This document shows positions 38,670 through 46,806 of a DNA stretch of 46,806 nt, piece by piece. Both the position numbers and the translations under genes were made by a program. Under the pieces are notes generated by a model. That model was given only the letters and a program-made list of their open reading frames with translations, was not told the origin of the DNA and did no database searches. How positions within the stretch are numbered: the first letter of the stretch is position 1; every line of letters begins with the position of its first letter. The DNA is from Candidatus Argoarchaeum ethanivorans (GTDB taxonomy: Archaea > Halobacteriota > Methanosarcinia > Methanosarcinales > EX4572-44): contig CAJHIS010000004.1 in assembly GCA_905067555.1 (NCBI GenBank), positions 1 through 46,806 on the forward strand, given 5' to 3'.

Positions 38670-39596
38670 TCATGCAAACTGGGTAAGTATGGCTGCCAAT
38701 ATTACCACAGGTATCCATTCGCCATCCACGAGTAAATCCAATGATTTTCCCGTGTTCTCTTCCCTGCAAAAATATAAGATGTACCAGTATCCATGTCCAA
38801 TAGAAAAGACTAAAACGATAAAATAGATATGAAAACAACCTGAAAGATATGAGTATACAAGCCAAGGTATGAGTGTTGAGTTAAGAGTAAGCAGAATATT
38901 TTTCGTTCTTTTTCTCCCAAAAACTACTGGAATCGTTTTCACTCCGTTCATTTTATCGCCTTTGATGTCTCGAACGTCGAATAATACTGTGTTGATGAAT
39001 AGTTTTGTAAAAAAGAAATAAAAAATCAAGGAGATTACACTGAAATCCCGAAAAGAAATGGCCAAAGGAATAAAAGCTCCTATTACAGCCCAGCACAATG
39101 CAACTACAATGTTTTTTATGCCTGTTATGTCTTTCAATCTGAAATTTGATATTTTTATGCTGTACACAATTCCGATGCAGAATGGGAAAAGGATTATAAA
39201 AATAGCAAAAGGGTTTTGTAAAAAAGATAGAAACAGGGCAACAATGTAAGCTGCTATTGTAGCAAACGTAACAGATTTCTTATTTTTTTCAATAAATCCA
39301 GCCCTTTCCGGCACATTTACCAAATCTTCCTCTATGCCAGTTAGTTTATCCAGATTGTAAACAGTGAAAGTGAGAAGGCCAGAAGCAAGAAGCAGTTTAA
39401 AATCAACTCTTACTCCATAAAGCAAGAAAGAAAAATAAGGTAGTAAAGAGCCAGTTATTGCAATGAATATAGAACTTATTGTTAATAAAGATACGAATTT
39501 ATCAAGCACTGTGTAGAAACGTTTGAACAGATGAGATACTAAACAATCACCTTTATCAAATCTGCTGTTTACACAGGCATCTTCTATATTGGTCAT
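38670..39596 (-). CDS. UbiA family prenyltransferase
   Basis: VYNLDKLTGIEEDLVNVPER and NTVLFDVRDIKGD..GVKTIP Asp-rich motifs; multi-TM. Confidence 0.88.
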   Translation of the reverse strand: MTNIEDACVNSRFDKGDCLVSHLFKRFYTVLDKFVSLLTISSIFIAITGSLLPYFSFLLYGVRVDFKLLLASGLLTFTVYNLDKLTGIEEDLVNVPERAGFIEKNKKSVTFATIAAYIVALFLSFLQNPFAIFIILFPFCIGIVYSIKISNFRLKDITGIKNIVVALCWAVIGAFIPLAISFRDFSVISLIFYFFFTKLFINTVLFDVRDIKGDKMNGVKTIPVVFGRKRTKNILLTLNSTLIPWLVYSYLSGCFHIYFIVLVFSIGHGYWYILYFCREENTGKSLDLLVDGEWIPVVILAAILTQFA

Positions 39597-39629
39597 AGAT
39601 CTGCAATTGTGAAGGGGACATAAAGTCCA

Positions 39630-40520
39630 TTATAAACTAAGAACCCTTTCAGCTTGCTTGCGATAACACTCGAAGAGTTCCTCCCCCCATTCAATTGCTT
39701 TTTTATCAGAGCTCACGAAGTCCCTATTATAGTCGTAAGTTCCATCAACATGAAACAAGCCGAAAGAAAGGGAGCACTCAGTAATTACAAAAGCAGCTTT
39801 TGCATCTTTTTCTGTTACGTATAATTTAAGCTTAGAGCTTTTGTCTGCGAAAATTTTTTTTAAGATCTCATCATCTATTGTCTTCAGTACTTCTTTTGTT
39901 ATTACGAGTTCCACATCAGCTTCTTTCTTTAGTATTAGTTTCTCAAATAATGCAGGATACTCGGGAACGAAGATAGATGAGACCCCTCTTATCTTTTTAG
40001 CATTCATTAACAAGTTAATGAAATTTGTGTGGACTTTAAAAATCTCAGTGGCCGTGTCTTCGAAAAGAGTTGAACCACGTAACGCTCCAATTTTCTCTAT
40101 CAGATGCTCTGGAATGCCGCTGAGATCATGTGTAAGCCAGAAGTCTTCATGTGTTTTCATTACCTCTATCGCATCAATAAAATCAGCCAATTTTAGTGCA
40201 ACGACTTCACCGATTTTTGTTAGTACATAATTTCTGTCTTCGTCCTGGAAAATGAGATTGTCTTTCTCAAGTTCTCTTAATGCATGTATAGCGGTTGTAG
40301 AGCTTACGCCAAGATCAGTGCGAAAATTTCTTAGCTCTTTTCTCCCACTCTTCAAACTAATAAGAATATCACTTCGCAGTTGTGAACATGTCGAAAGACG
40401 AATGGTAGTTTGAAAAGCTGTCGGCTTCGTTTTTTTATATGGCATTGAGATTAATGATGCATGTTGCTCAACTATATTAATATGTTCATTTGTTGTGCTT
40501 ATATCTATCATTGTCATCAC
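39630..40520 (-). CDS. wHTH + DUF1724 (FilR1-like middle domain) transcriptional regulator
   Basis: S..R..IL.SL..G......L...S.T..H.L.EL...Y.LT..G; FW..HDLSGIP..L; GLF..DG.YD...A..WG.ELF. Confidence 0.85.
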   Translation of the reverse strand: MMTMIDISTTNEHINIVEQHASLISMPYKKTKPTAFQTTIRLSTCSQLRSDILISLKSGRKELRNFRTDLGVSSTTAIHALRELEKDNLIFQDEDRNYVLTKIGEVVALKLADFIDAIEVMKTHEDFWLTHDLSGIPEHLIEKIGALRGSTLFEDTATEIFKVHTNFINLLMNAKKIRGVSSIFVPEYPALFEKLILKKEADVELVITKEVLKTIDDEILKKIFADKSSKLKLYVTEKDAKAAFVITECSLSFGLFHVDGTYDYNRDFVSSDKKAIEWGEELFECYRKQAERVLSL

Positions 40521-40725
40521 TTACTATTTTACTTAAGCATTACCCATATAGTTAATCTGTTAAAATATTGCTAAACCAAAGCAATATTACTTTATAGATA
40601 GAAGTATTTAACATGAATTATAATGTAACTACTTGCTGCAAGGAGGATTAATTATTATGTCGAGAGGTCGGATTGAACAGGCATTTGATGATGCACCACC
40701 TGTGAAAATCCATAGAGGAGGGGAT

Positions 40726-40881
40726 ATGAAAAAATCAAAAACTTTATCCAGAAATGAAGAAGGTGTGGTTGGTATAGGGGCACTCATCATCTTCACTGCC
40801 ACGATATTGGTAGGTGCGGTAGCAGCAGAGGTGATGATCGACATCTCATCTACGCTGCAGCAGAAAGCAGAGAAAATGGGA
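40726..40881 (+). pseudogene. Archaellin (FlaB/ArlB) N-terminal fragment
   Basis: SD GAGGAGG; MKKSKTLSRNEEG|VVGIGALIIFTATILVGAVAAEVMIDISSTLQQKA, a class III signal plus conserved archaellin helix, then replaced by transposase sequence. Confidence 0.85.
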
Positions 40882-41239
40882 TCAATAGAAGGACAGAAGG
40901 TGTATCATGTAAGATCGAAGACAGTGGAACGTGTGTTCAGGCATATCAAGCAAAAACATCGGACTACGAGAGTTTTTAACAAGAGGTTTGGAAAACGTGA
41001 TAGCAGAATCCACCCTAACATGCATAGCACACAACTTAAAGCGAATACTGAAAATAAAAAGCCAAATCAAGGATATTAAAGCGAATATTGTTGAAAATAG
41101 ACGTTATAATCACACTCCACTCAAGAAACTGTGCGAAAAACTAAGAAGACATGGTCTAACCTCCTGTGTTCCATAAGCGAAAGTTTGAGACGTGAACCAA
41201 CTATTCAGTACCATTAAACTCGGTTGTGAGACGGGCTCT
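40875..41239 (+). mobile_element. IS1182-family 3' remnant (frameshifted transposase C-terminus + probable right end)
   Basis: Y..R..TVERVFRHIKQ /fs/ NIGLREFLTRGL..V..E..L...AHNLKRI; end-like TTGTGAGACGGGCTCT at 41224-41239. Confidence 0.8.
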
Positions 41240-41370
41240 TCAATCGAGAGTGACACGGCTCTCTGACTTTCATCTAAAAATCAAGTTGTTGCGACAACAG
41301 TCCCGTAGTCCGGGCTTGAAACAAGTACGAGCAAAGATTAATACACTTGTATTTCATTTATCTCGAAGCC

Positions 41371-43251
41371 ATGAACGATCATTTCCCAGAACTTAAATGT
41401 GGGATTGAAATCCACCAGCAACTTAATACAAAAGAAAAGCTATTCTGCAAATGCCCGACAAGACGCAGAGATACGGTTGAGTCAAATCTTGAATTCCACC
41501 GATTCCTTCGAGCGACAACAAGTGAAATGGGGGAAATAGATAGAGCAGCACTCGAGGAAACAAAGATACAAAAGAAATATATCTATAAAGCGTACGATTC
41601 CACCTGTCTGGTTGAAAATGATGAGGAGCCACCCGGGAAGCTGAACATGGATGCTCTTGATATTGCTCTTACCATGAGCAAGATGCTTCACATGCACCCT
41701 GTGGATGAGCTTCACAGCATGAGAAAAATCGTGGTTGATGGATCCAATACTGCTGGATTCCAGCGCACCGGGCTTGTTGCAACCGATGGATATATTGATG
41801 CTGGTGGCAGGGTTGGAATCAGTGTAATCTGCCTTGAGGAAGAAGCAGCACAGAAAATCGAAGATTCCGGAGAGAGCGTCATCTATTCACTTGATCGGCT
41901 TGGAATACCACTAGTAGAGATTTGTACTGCACCGGATATTAAAACGCCAGGGCAGGCACGCGATGTTGCGGCATATATAGGAATGCTTCTTCGCTCAACA
42001 GGCAGGGTTAAACGAGGACTTGGCACGATACGCCAGGATGTTAATATATCTACAAAGGAGGGGGCACGTGTCGAAATAAAAGGCGTGCAGGAATTGGACC
42101 TCTTACCTCTAATACTTGAACAGGAAGTGCAAAGACAGGCAAATCTTATTGACATAAAAAATGAACTTAACGAGCGGGGGGCTGCGATAGATGGAATTAT
42201 CACAGATGTTACCGATCTATTTAAAAATACAGATTCGGCGATACTCAAACGTGCACTTGATAATGGTGCAATACTTGCAGTAAAACTTAAACGGTTTGCA
42301 GGAATCGTTGGAAGAGAGATACAACCCGACAGGCGGCTTGGTACCGAATTCTCTGATCGTGCAAAAAAGTCAGGAGTGGGTGGAATATTTCACACCGATG
42401 AACTGCCAAACTATGGTATTACCAAAAGCGATGTAAACGAGCTAAAGAAGACCTTAAACGCAGATGAAAAGGATTGTATAGTAATTGTTGCAGACAGAAT
42501 AAACCGCGCGCGAGGTGCTCTTGAATCGGTAATAATACGAGCACAAGAGGCTCTCGTATGTGTGCCAGAGGAAACTCGCAGGATGCTTCCGGACGGAACT
42601 TCAGCTTATATGCGACCTCTCCCGGGAGCTGCCCGCATGTATCCTGAAACCGATGTACTGCCAGTACCAATCACACAAGAACACCTTGAAAAAATCAAAC
42701 TTCCGGAGCTTCTAACAATAAAAAAAGAGCGATTCAGGAAACAATATAATCTCAACGACGAGCTTGCAAATCTTATCAGCCAGTCAGAAAATGCTTGTCT
42801 GTTTGAACAAATAATGAAAGCAGTTCCTGGAGCAAAACCCACAATAGTAATAAAAGCACTTCATACAACTATTGGTGAATTGCAAAAAGAAGGATACAAC
42901 ACACACGGAATCACCCTCGACCACCTGGTTGACCTGTTCAACTTTAGTGCAGAAGGAAACATTCCAAACGAGGCAATAAAAGAAGTGCTTAAAGCAATTA
43001 CCATCCACCCACAGGCATCGTTAAGAGATTTACTGACCAAACTGAGACTTGCAGGCTCCGATATTGCAGGCGCTGGAATACTGATAGGAAAAATAGTCAA
43101 AGAGCGAGAGGAATTTGTAAAAGAGCGAAGGCTTGATGCAGCAGGACCACTGATGGGAGTTGTTATGAAAGAACTGCGTGGAAAGGTGGGAGGACAGCAG
43201 ATCAGCCAGATACTGAAGCGAAAGATAGAAGAAATATTGAAAATTAAGTAA
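41371..43251 (+). CDS. gatE: Glu-tRNA(Gln) amidotransferase subunit E
   Basis: KCGIEIHQQL, KLFC.CP, MRKIVVDGSNTAGFQRT, RGLGTIRQDVN, RPLPGAARMYPETD. ATG 41371 preferred to TTG 41347. Confidence 0.97.
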   Translation: MNDHFPELKCGIEIHQQLNTKEKLFCKCPTRRRDTVESNLEFHRFLRATTSEMGEIDRAALEETKIQKKYIYKAYDSTCLVENDEEPPGKLNMDALDIALTMSKMLHMHPVDELHSMRKIVVDGSNTAGFQRTGLVATDGYIDAGGRVGISVICLEEEAAQKIEDSGESVIYSLDRLGIPLVEICTAPDIKTPGQARDVAAYIGMLLRSTGRVKRGLGTIRQDVNISTKEGARVEIKGVQELDLLPLILEQEVQRQANLIDIKNELNERGAAIDGIITDVTDLFKNTDSAILKRALDNGAILAVKLKRFAGIVGREIQPDRRLGTEFSDRAKKSGVGGIFHTDELPNYGITKSDVNELKKTLNADEKDCIVIVADRINRARGALESVIIRAQEALVCVPEETRRMLPDGTSAYMRPLPGAARMYPETDVLPVPITQEHLEKIKLPELLTIKKERFRKQYNLNDELANLISQSENACLFEQIMKAVPGAKPTIVIKALHTTIGELQKEGYNTHGITLDHLVDLFNFSAEGNIPNEAIKEVLKAITIHPQASLRDLLTKLRLAGSDIAGAGILIGKIVKEREEFVKERRLDAAGPLMGVVMKELRGKVGGQQISQILKRKIEEILKIK

Positions 43252-43281
43252 CGGAATATTAATATTAATGGAGGGATTAAC

Positions 43282-45648
43282 ATGCCACCTTCTAACATTG
43301 AGATAGAAGCTTTAAAAAATGTAGTAATAAATATAGGCGGGATTGAAGAGGAAGAAGAAGAATGGGAGACAATGGGCCCAACACCGATGCCAGGTATAGC
43401 TGATCTCAGGAACTGGGATTACAAGCTGTTAAAGCGATACAAACCGTTCTATGCTCCCTACTGTGAGATGTGCTGCTTCTGCACATTCGGAAAGTGCGAT
43501 CTTACCGGAGGAAAAAAAGGCGCATGCGGTCTCGGTATGGCTGCCCAGCAGGCACGGTTTGTGACGATTGCATGTCTTATGGGGTGCTCTGCACACACAG
43601 CACACGGCAGGCACCTGCTTCGCAAGGTTCTAAAGATTGTGGGAGATCGTGAGATTAATATGGGAACAGGTATTAATATCGAAGCACCGCTTACGAGGCT
43701 TATCACAGGAATTAAACCAGAGAAATTGAGTGATTTCATTCCTGTGCTTGAGTATCTGGAGGAGCAGATTGCCCAGTTGCTGGATTCAACGCACACTGGT
43801 CAGGAAGGCTCTAATCTCGACTATGAGTCAAAGGCGTACCATGCTGGAATGCTCGACTCACTCGGTAAGGAGGTTGCAGACCTCATCCAGATCGTTGCAT
43901 TCGATCTTCCCAAAGGAGACCCCGATGCTCCTCTGGTTGAGATCGGGATGGGATGCGTTGATGAAAGTAAGCCAGTAATACTTGTCATCGGTCACAATGT
44001 TGTGCCGTCTGTTGCTGTTATGGATTACATGTCTGATCATGGACTTGATGAACGGATTGAAGTTGCGGGAATTTGCTGTACTGCCATTGATACGACACGA
44101 TACTCCCAAAAAGCGAAGATTGTTGGCTCAATCGGGAGGCAGCTTCGTTTTGTCCGTTCAGGGGTTGCAGATGTTATAATGGTTGATGAACAGTGCATCC
44201 GTGCAGACATTCTTGAGCAGGCAAAACGAATTCATGCCCCCCTTATTGCAACAAACGACAAGGCACTCTATGGGCTTGTTGATCGAACAAATGATTCGGT
44301 AGATGATATTGTTGCCATACTCGCAAGTGGCAAGGAACCTGGTGTAGTGATCCTTGATCCGGTCAAGGCAGGAGAGGTGGCAGTACGAGTTGTGCAGATC
44401 ACGCATGAAAAGCGAAAGGAACTTGTTAATATTCTAACCGATGAAGAGTTTAAAGAGTACGTTACGATGTGCCAGAACTGTGATGCAAACTGCATAGTTG
44501 CATGCCCGCAGGGGCTTCCGATTGGTGAAGCAAATAAAGCTGCTGCGAAAGGGGATACTGCACCGCTTGCCAGCCTGTTTGACCCGTGTGTCGGATGCGG
44601 AAGGTGCGAACAGGTGTGTAAAAAACACATTCCAATTGTTGATGTAATCCTGAAAGCATCGCTTCCTTATGTAAAATCAGAGAAGGGAATGATACGTGTT
44701 GGAAGAGGTCCTGTGCGTGATACGGAGATTAGAAAGGTTGGTGCTCCACTTGTTCTTGGAACAATTCCCGGAATTATTGCCATTGTCGGGTGCGGCAACT
44801 ACCCCAACGGAACAAAAGATGTGTACAGAATAGCAAAAGAGTTTGCTGAACGGAAGTACATCGTTGTTTTGACCGGGTGCGGCGCTATGGATGCTGCACT
44901 CTACCGTGATAAGGATGGAAAAACACTCTATGAGAAATATCCGGGAGACTTTGATGGCGGATGCGTTCTCAATATTGGTTCATGCGTTTCAAATGCACAC
45001 ATTCACGGTGCAGCTATCAAAGTGGCAGCGATCTATGCAAGACGAAACATCAGGGGAAACTATGCAGAGATTGCCGACTACATCTTAAACAGGGTTGGTG
45101 CGTGCGGTGTGGCATGGGGTGCAATGTCCCAGAAAGCGGCATCGATTGCATCAGGTGTAAATCGAATAGGTATTCCTGTTGTTATCGGTCCACACGGCTG
45201 GAAGTACAGAAGAGCATACCTTGGACGAAAGTATGTTGATGAGGATTGGGTGGTCTATGATGCAAGAGACGGCTCTAAAGTGCAGATTGAGCCTGCACCG
45301 GAACACATGCTTGTGGCAGCAGACACGTATCAAGAGGCGATCCCACTCATTGCAAGACTCTGCTTCCGTCCAACCGATAACAGCATGGGTAGGCAGGTAA
45401 AGCTCACGCATTACATGGACCTGTCGATGAAGTATCTTGGCGTGTATCCTGACGATTGGCACATCTTTGTGAGAGGCGAAGCAGATCTCCCGCTTGCAAG
45501 AAAAGAGGAGTACCTTAGAATTTTGAAAGAAGAACATGGCTGGGATGTCGATCTTGAAGCAAAGAAGATACTTTCAGGACCTGTGCGAAAGATGGATGTC
45601 GGGTTTGACGCAACAAACCTTGAAGAACTCATAAAGAAGAACAAGTGA
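43282..45648 (+). CDS. cdhA: CO dehydrogenase/acetyl-CoA synthase (ACDS) alpha subunit
   Basis: MGPTP.PG..DLR.WD, C.MCC.CTFGKC, GHNV, GICCTA, ferredoxin motifs, GSCVSNAH, WGAMSQKA. Confidence 0.97.
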   Translation: MPPSNIEIEALKNVVINIGGIEEEEEEWETMGPTPMPGIADLRNWDYKLLKRYKPFYAPYCEMCCFCTFGKCDLTGGKKGACGLGMAAQQARFVTIACLMGCSAHTAHGRHLLRKVLKIVGDREINMGTGINIEAPLTRLITGIKPEKLSDFIPVLEYLEEQIAQLLDSTHTGQEGSNLDYESKAYHAGMLDSLGKEVADLIQIVAFDLPKGDPDAPLVEIGMGCVDESKPVILVIGHNVVPSVAVMDYMSDHGLDERIEVAGICCTAIDTTRYSQKAKIVGSIGRQLRFVRSGVADVIMVDEQCIRADILEQAKRIHAPLIATNDKALYGLVDRTNDSVDDIVAILASGKEPGVVILDPVKAGEVAVRVVQITHEKRKELVNILTDEEFKEYVTMCQNCDANCIVACPQGLPIGEANKAAAKGDTAPLASLFDPCVGCGRCEQVCKKHIPIVDVILKASLPYVKSEKGMIRVGRGPVRDTEIRKVGAPLVLGTIPGIIAIVGCGNYPNGTKDVYRIAKEFAERKYIVVLTGCGAMDAALYRDKDGKTLYEKYPGDFDGGCVLNIGSCVSNAHIHGAAIKVAAIYARRNIRGNYAEIADYILNRVGACGVAWGAMSQKAASIASGVNRIGIPVVIGPHGWKYRRAYLGRKYVDEDWVVYDARDGSKVQIEPAPEHMLVAADTYQEAIPLIARLCFRPTDNSMGRQVKLTHYMDLSMKYLGVYPDDWHIFVRGEADLPLARKEEYLRILKEEHGWDVDLEAKKILSGPVRKMDVGFDATNLEELIKKNK

Positions 45649-45658
45649 GGTAATTAGG

Positions 45659-46183
45659 ATGGAAATACCATTTGATATCGGAAATATTTCAGGCCCTGAG
45701 AATGCAAGAGTAGCACAACCAGAAGCGCTTGGAAGAGCGATTAAGAATGCAAAGAGACCGCTTCTCGTCGTTGGCTCCGAGATTCTTGATGATGACTTGA
45801 TAGAAAAAGCGATTGCCATCGGGAAAAAAGGAATTCCCATAGCAGCAACAGCACACAGCATGAAAGGCTTTGTGGATAGAGGGTACACAGAGAATGTCCA
45901 CCTGACAGGTCTTCATGAACTTGCAAATAACATTGAAAGCAGGGATTGGATGGGTTTTGATAAAACGGGTGGGTACGATCTTATAGCAGTGCTTGGTGGT
46001 ATTTACTATTCAACCTCACAATTCCTGATTGCTCTAAAAAACTTTGCAACCGATCCGATCGTTCGATGCATTTCGATTGATCGATATTATCACCCGGCTG
46101 CACGAATGAGTTCTGTTAACATAAGTCGGAAGCATACAGACGAGTTTAAGAAAATGCTTGACAAGGTTATTGAGAATATTTAG
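45659..46183 (+). CDS. cdhB: ACDS epsilon subunit
   Basis: AKRPLLVVGS, IAATAH, W.GFD..GGYDL, SIDRYYHP.A..S; follows cdhA. Confidence 0.95.
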   Translation: MEIPFDIGNISGPENARVAQPEALGRAIKNAKRPLLVVGSEILDDDLIEKAIAIGKKGIPIAATAHSMKGFVDRGYTENVHLTGLHELANNIESRDWMGFDKTGGYDLIAVLGGIYYSTSQFLIALKNFATDPIVRCISIDRYYHPAARMSSVNISRKHTDEFKKMLDKVIENI

Positions 46184-46234
46184 ATTTGTATAAAATGAGC
46201 TCTATTGAAATGTGATAGAAAAGCAGGACATGCT

Positions 46235-46806
46235 ATGAGTAGCAGAAGAAAACCATTGAGTCGCGGCGAAAAAGAATTGGGGCAAAAAGCGATCGTCCTT
46301 CTATTTCTTGTTTACATAGTTTGGGTATATGCAATTCAACCTATTATTGAATGGGTAAACCAAAATATAACAACAATAATTACTATTTTCATTGGTCTAA
46401 TGGTATTGGCAATGGTGATATGTATTTTGTATTGGAAATATAAAACGAAAAAAGAAGCGGAAGAACGAGCTTATGAAGAGGGGCAAAAAGCGAAAGGTTT
46501 TGTTAAATTTGTGGACCGATTTGGATCCAAAAGATGGGGAAAACCAAATGAGGTAGAAAAGTGGGAAAAAGAAGATGAAGAAGCGAGAGAAAAAGAAAAA
46601 CTAATCAATCAAATAATTGGTGAAATAGAGAATTTCAAACAATCACGAAACCATCGTAATGAATTCCCATATCAGCTTGAATTAATGGGCTGTCTTAAAT
46701 CAAAATTTCCTAATGCAGATATTGAACAGCAAAAAGGTTCATCTAGGCCTGATATTGTTGTTGGAGATATAGCAATCGAAGTAAAAGGACCGACGAGAAC
46801 CACAGA
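46235..46806 (+). CDS. Partial ORF (runs off the window): two N-terminal TM helices + PD-(D/E)xK nuclease-like domain
   Basis: Open from ATG 46235 to the window end; IVLLFLVYIVWVYAI and IITIFIGLMVLAMVICILYW; E..YQ..L...L...SRPDIVVGDIAIEVKG. Confidence 0.7.
   Translation, partial: MSSRRKPLSRGEKELGQKAIVLLFLVYIVWVYAIQPIIEWVNQNITTIITIFIGLMVLAMVICILYWKYKTKKEAEERAYEEGQKAKGFVKFVDRFGSKRWGKPNEVEKWEKEDEEAREKEKLINQIIGEIENFKQSRNHRNEFPYQLELMGCLKSKFPNADIEQQKGSSRPDIVVGDIAIEVKGPTRTT

Noticed and set aside
40633-41079. 148-aa ORF as a real protein
   Set aside because: It is an archaellin stump fused to a transposase fragment that then goes out of frame.
41423-45926. Many antisense and overlapping ORFs within gatE, cdhA and cdhB (and within other long genes)
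   Set aside because: Shadow ORFs of well-supported genes, with no independent motifs.
1-46806. tRNA, rRNA or riboswitch genes
   Set aside because: No cloverleaf or rRNA-like GC-rich segment recognised by eye; a covariance-model scan would be needed to exclude small ncRNAs.

Overview
Archaeal DNA of Methanosarcinales/ANME type, inferred from gatE, cdhAB, PEF-CTERM proteins and archaeal cohesin/dockerin proteins. About 1-41.3 kb is a cell-surface/glycan region bounded by IS1182-like remnants. It holds VanZ, a DUF1616 multidomain protein, HtpX, archaeosortase C with a divergent tandem array of three PEF-CTERM genes, UppP, a glycan biosynthesis/modification operon with a DUF4258/DUF2283 toxin-antitoxin pair inserted, and a flippase. 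It continues with three dockerin/cohesin secreted proteins, a WbpA/B/D/E-like diacetamido-uronic acid pathway, a polyprenyl-P GlcNAc-1-P transferase, a CAAX-type protease, a fourth PEF-CTERM gene, UbiA, a wHTH regulator and a broken archaellin. The rest is gatE, cdhA, cdhB and a partial membrane-anchored PD-(D/E)xK protein. The most striking structure is a recurring repeat-unique-repeat pattern: (i) a perfect 36-bp repeat / 36-bp GC-rich insert / 36-bp repeat in frame inside a methyltransferase, with the geometry of an off-target CRISPR spacer integration; (ii) PEF-CTERM cassettes whose unrelated cargo domains are joined by a conserved ~234-bp linker (sorting signal + intergenic + leader); (iii) a 1719-bp duplication that creates a chimeric cohesin-dockerin gene; (iv) a TA module between two alleles of a gene 5' end. 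In addition, a 262-bp inverted repeat (upstream region + leader) brackets ~30.7 kb. Family calls come from motif recognition by eye, not database searches.
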